Below are positions 63,106-64,000 of a stretch of 64,000 nt of DNA, piece by piece. Positions within the stretch are counted from its first letter, which is position 1, and every line of letters begins with the position of its first letter. The notes below the pieces were generated by a model, which ran no database searches, was not told the origin of the DNA, and saw only the letters and a program-made list of their open reading frames with translations. The position numbers and the translations under genes are program-made. Source of the DNA: Coriobacteriia bacterium (GTDB lineage Bacteria; Actinomycetota; Coriobacteriia; WRKU01; WQUG01); contig WRBC01000004.1 of NCBI GenBank assembly GCA_009779855.1, forward strand, positions 30,769 to 94,768, in the 5' to 3' direction.

Positions 63106-63768
63106 GTGCGCAGCTATACGGCAGAAGTTCTTGTTCTGGGCAAGACCAAGCTAGGGGAAACTGATCTTATCCTTACCTTGTTATCGTCAGACAATAAGCA
63201 AATTCGTGCTGTGGCAAAAGGGGCTCGAAAACCAGGAGCAAAGCTCTGCGGCTTATCAGAACCCTTCATGGTATTCGAGGGAAAGTTCCACGTAGGCAAG
63301 ACGCTAAACATCATTTCTGAAGCTAAAGCGACCGAGGCCTACGCAGAGATTCGAAGCAGCTATGATTGCCTGATGGCAGGTAGTGTCATTCTAGAGATAG
63401 CAACACAAGTCACTAATGATGGTGATGATATTCCCAGGTTATATGCTATGACGCGTACATTTTTGGATGTGCTAAGCAGTGCTTCCGAAAAGTATGTGCA
63501 GGTTTTGGTATCGGCATACTTATTAAAGGCTTTGGCGATGATGGGGTATTCTCCAGAGTACGAGCTCTGCATTAAGAACGAACGTCTAGCGCAGTTATTT
63601 AGAAGCACCTTTGAAGAAGTGGTGCGCAGAAAGTTACCCGAAGAAAGTGTAGAACTTAAGTCCGAAAGCAAAAAACAACTTTCGGACTTGCGGCAAGTAA
63701 TGAACTTTACAGAAAAGCATTTACCTGTAAATTTAAAAGCTTTAACCCAATACAGAAGGTCGCTTTAA
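63106..63768 (+). CDS. recO: DNA repair protein RecO
   Basis: 'EVLVLGKTKLGETDLILTLLSSDNKQIRAVAKGARKP' is an OB-fold N-terminus typical of RecO. The era-recO order is conserved. The start codon is GTG. Confidence 0.85.
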   Translation: MRSYTAEVLVLGKTKLGETDLILTLLSSDNKQIRAVAKGARKPGAKLCGLSEPFMVFEGKFHVGKTLNIISEAKATEAYAEIRSSYDCLMAGSVILEIATQVTNDGDDIPRLYAMTRTFLDVLSSASEKYVQVLVSAYLLKALAMMGYSPEYELCIKNERLAQLFRSTFEEVVRRKLPEESVELKSESKKQLSDLRQVMNFTEKHLPVNLKALTQYRRSL

Positions 63769-63819
63769 GGATGTTTTACGAAGATTGTGCTGTCTGGCGA
63801 CAAATGTGTCATAGGTGTA

Positions 63820-63848
63820 TTGTGCTTACATAGGAAGAGGCCTATAAT
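63820..63848 (+). promoter_or_regulatory. candidate sigma-70 promoter (TTGTGC-17-TATAAT) for a downstream unit outside the window
   Basis: TTGTGC lies at 63820-63825, then a 17-nt spacer, then TATAAT at 63843-63848. It sits in a 230-nt stretch after recO with no ORF. Confidence 0.3.
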
Positions 63849-64000
63849 GGCTGTAGTGCGTAGATGCCTGCAGGGTAGTGTAGGTTTTCTATTTGAAGTA
63901 GTACTTGATGATTGGTGTGAAGCAATCAATCAAAAGTGCATGAATGGTTAACACGCGCAGTTCGGATAACTGTGTTTGTATATAAAAGTTTCCAGGTTAC

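Noticed and set aside
1-64000. Scan for CRISPR arrays, IS elements or transposase genes, and rRNA genes
   Set aside because: I saw no regularly spaced direct repeats, no transposase-like ORFs and no terminal inverted repeats. I also saw no rRNA-like sequence. The only repeats found are those associated with the tRNA-Ala island.

Overview
This window is a mid-GC chromosomal segment, transcribed almost entirely on the + strand, with actinobacterial (Coriobacteriia-like) gene order. The conserved blocks are gcvH / FHA (GarA/OdhI-like) / MerR (FtsR-like), and hrcA-dnaJ-rsmE-mtaB-...-phoH-ybeY-dgkA-era-recO. Most of it is housekeeping: a wecB and glycosyltransferase cluster, glyQS, recA-recX behind a LexA (Cheo-type) box, and leuS. 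It also holds comEA-comEC-holA, rpsT, RNase P RNA, rplS and rnhB-yraN-comM-dprA. Further on come trmFO-xerC, a tryptophanase/tyrosine phenol-lyase family lyase with an ABC importer pair, pgsA, VanW and a DD-carboxypeptidase. A complete glycine-cleavage and lipoylation operon (gcvT-lplA-lipA-gcvH-gcvPA-gcvPB) is present. The one clear accessory region is a ~9.65-kb integrative element (about 9300-18947) inserted in tRNA-Ala(GGC). It is bounded by an 18-bp identical core plus a displaced tRNA 3' half, and it has duplicated arm-type repeats. Its module order resembles a phage satellite (PICI-like) or an integrative mobilizable element. A tyrosine integrase is co-transcribed with an unknown 389-aa zinc-ribbon protein. 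An operator-like divergent promoter separates them from an Xis-type HTH gene, a pMV158 RepB-type rolling-circle initiator with a matching nick motif upstream, and a small-terminase-like protein. No large terminase, capsid or tail genes are present. The attR-proximal cargo is the best candidate for an undescribed system. It starts with a structured leader and continues as a tight same-strand operon: a 4-TM protein, then three consecutive membrane proteins that share an N-terminal ~45-aa module but have different C-terminal domains, then an unknown 316-aa cytoplasmic protein, then a PIN toxin-like pair. All protein calls rest on motif recognition by eye; no database search was possible.
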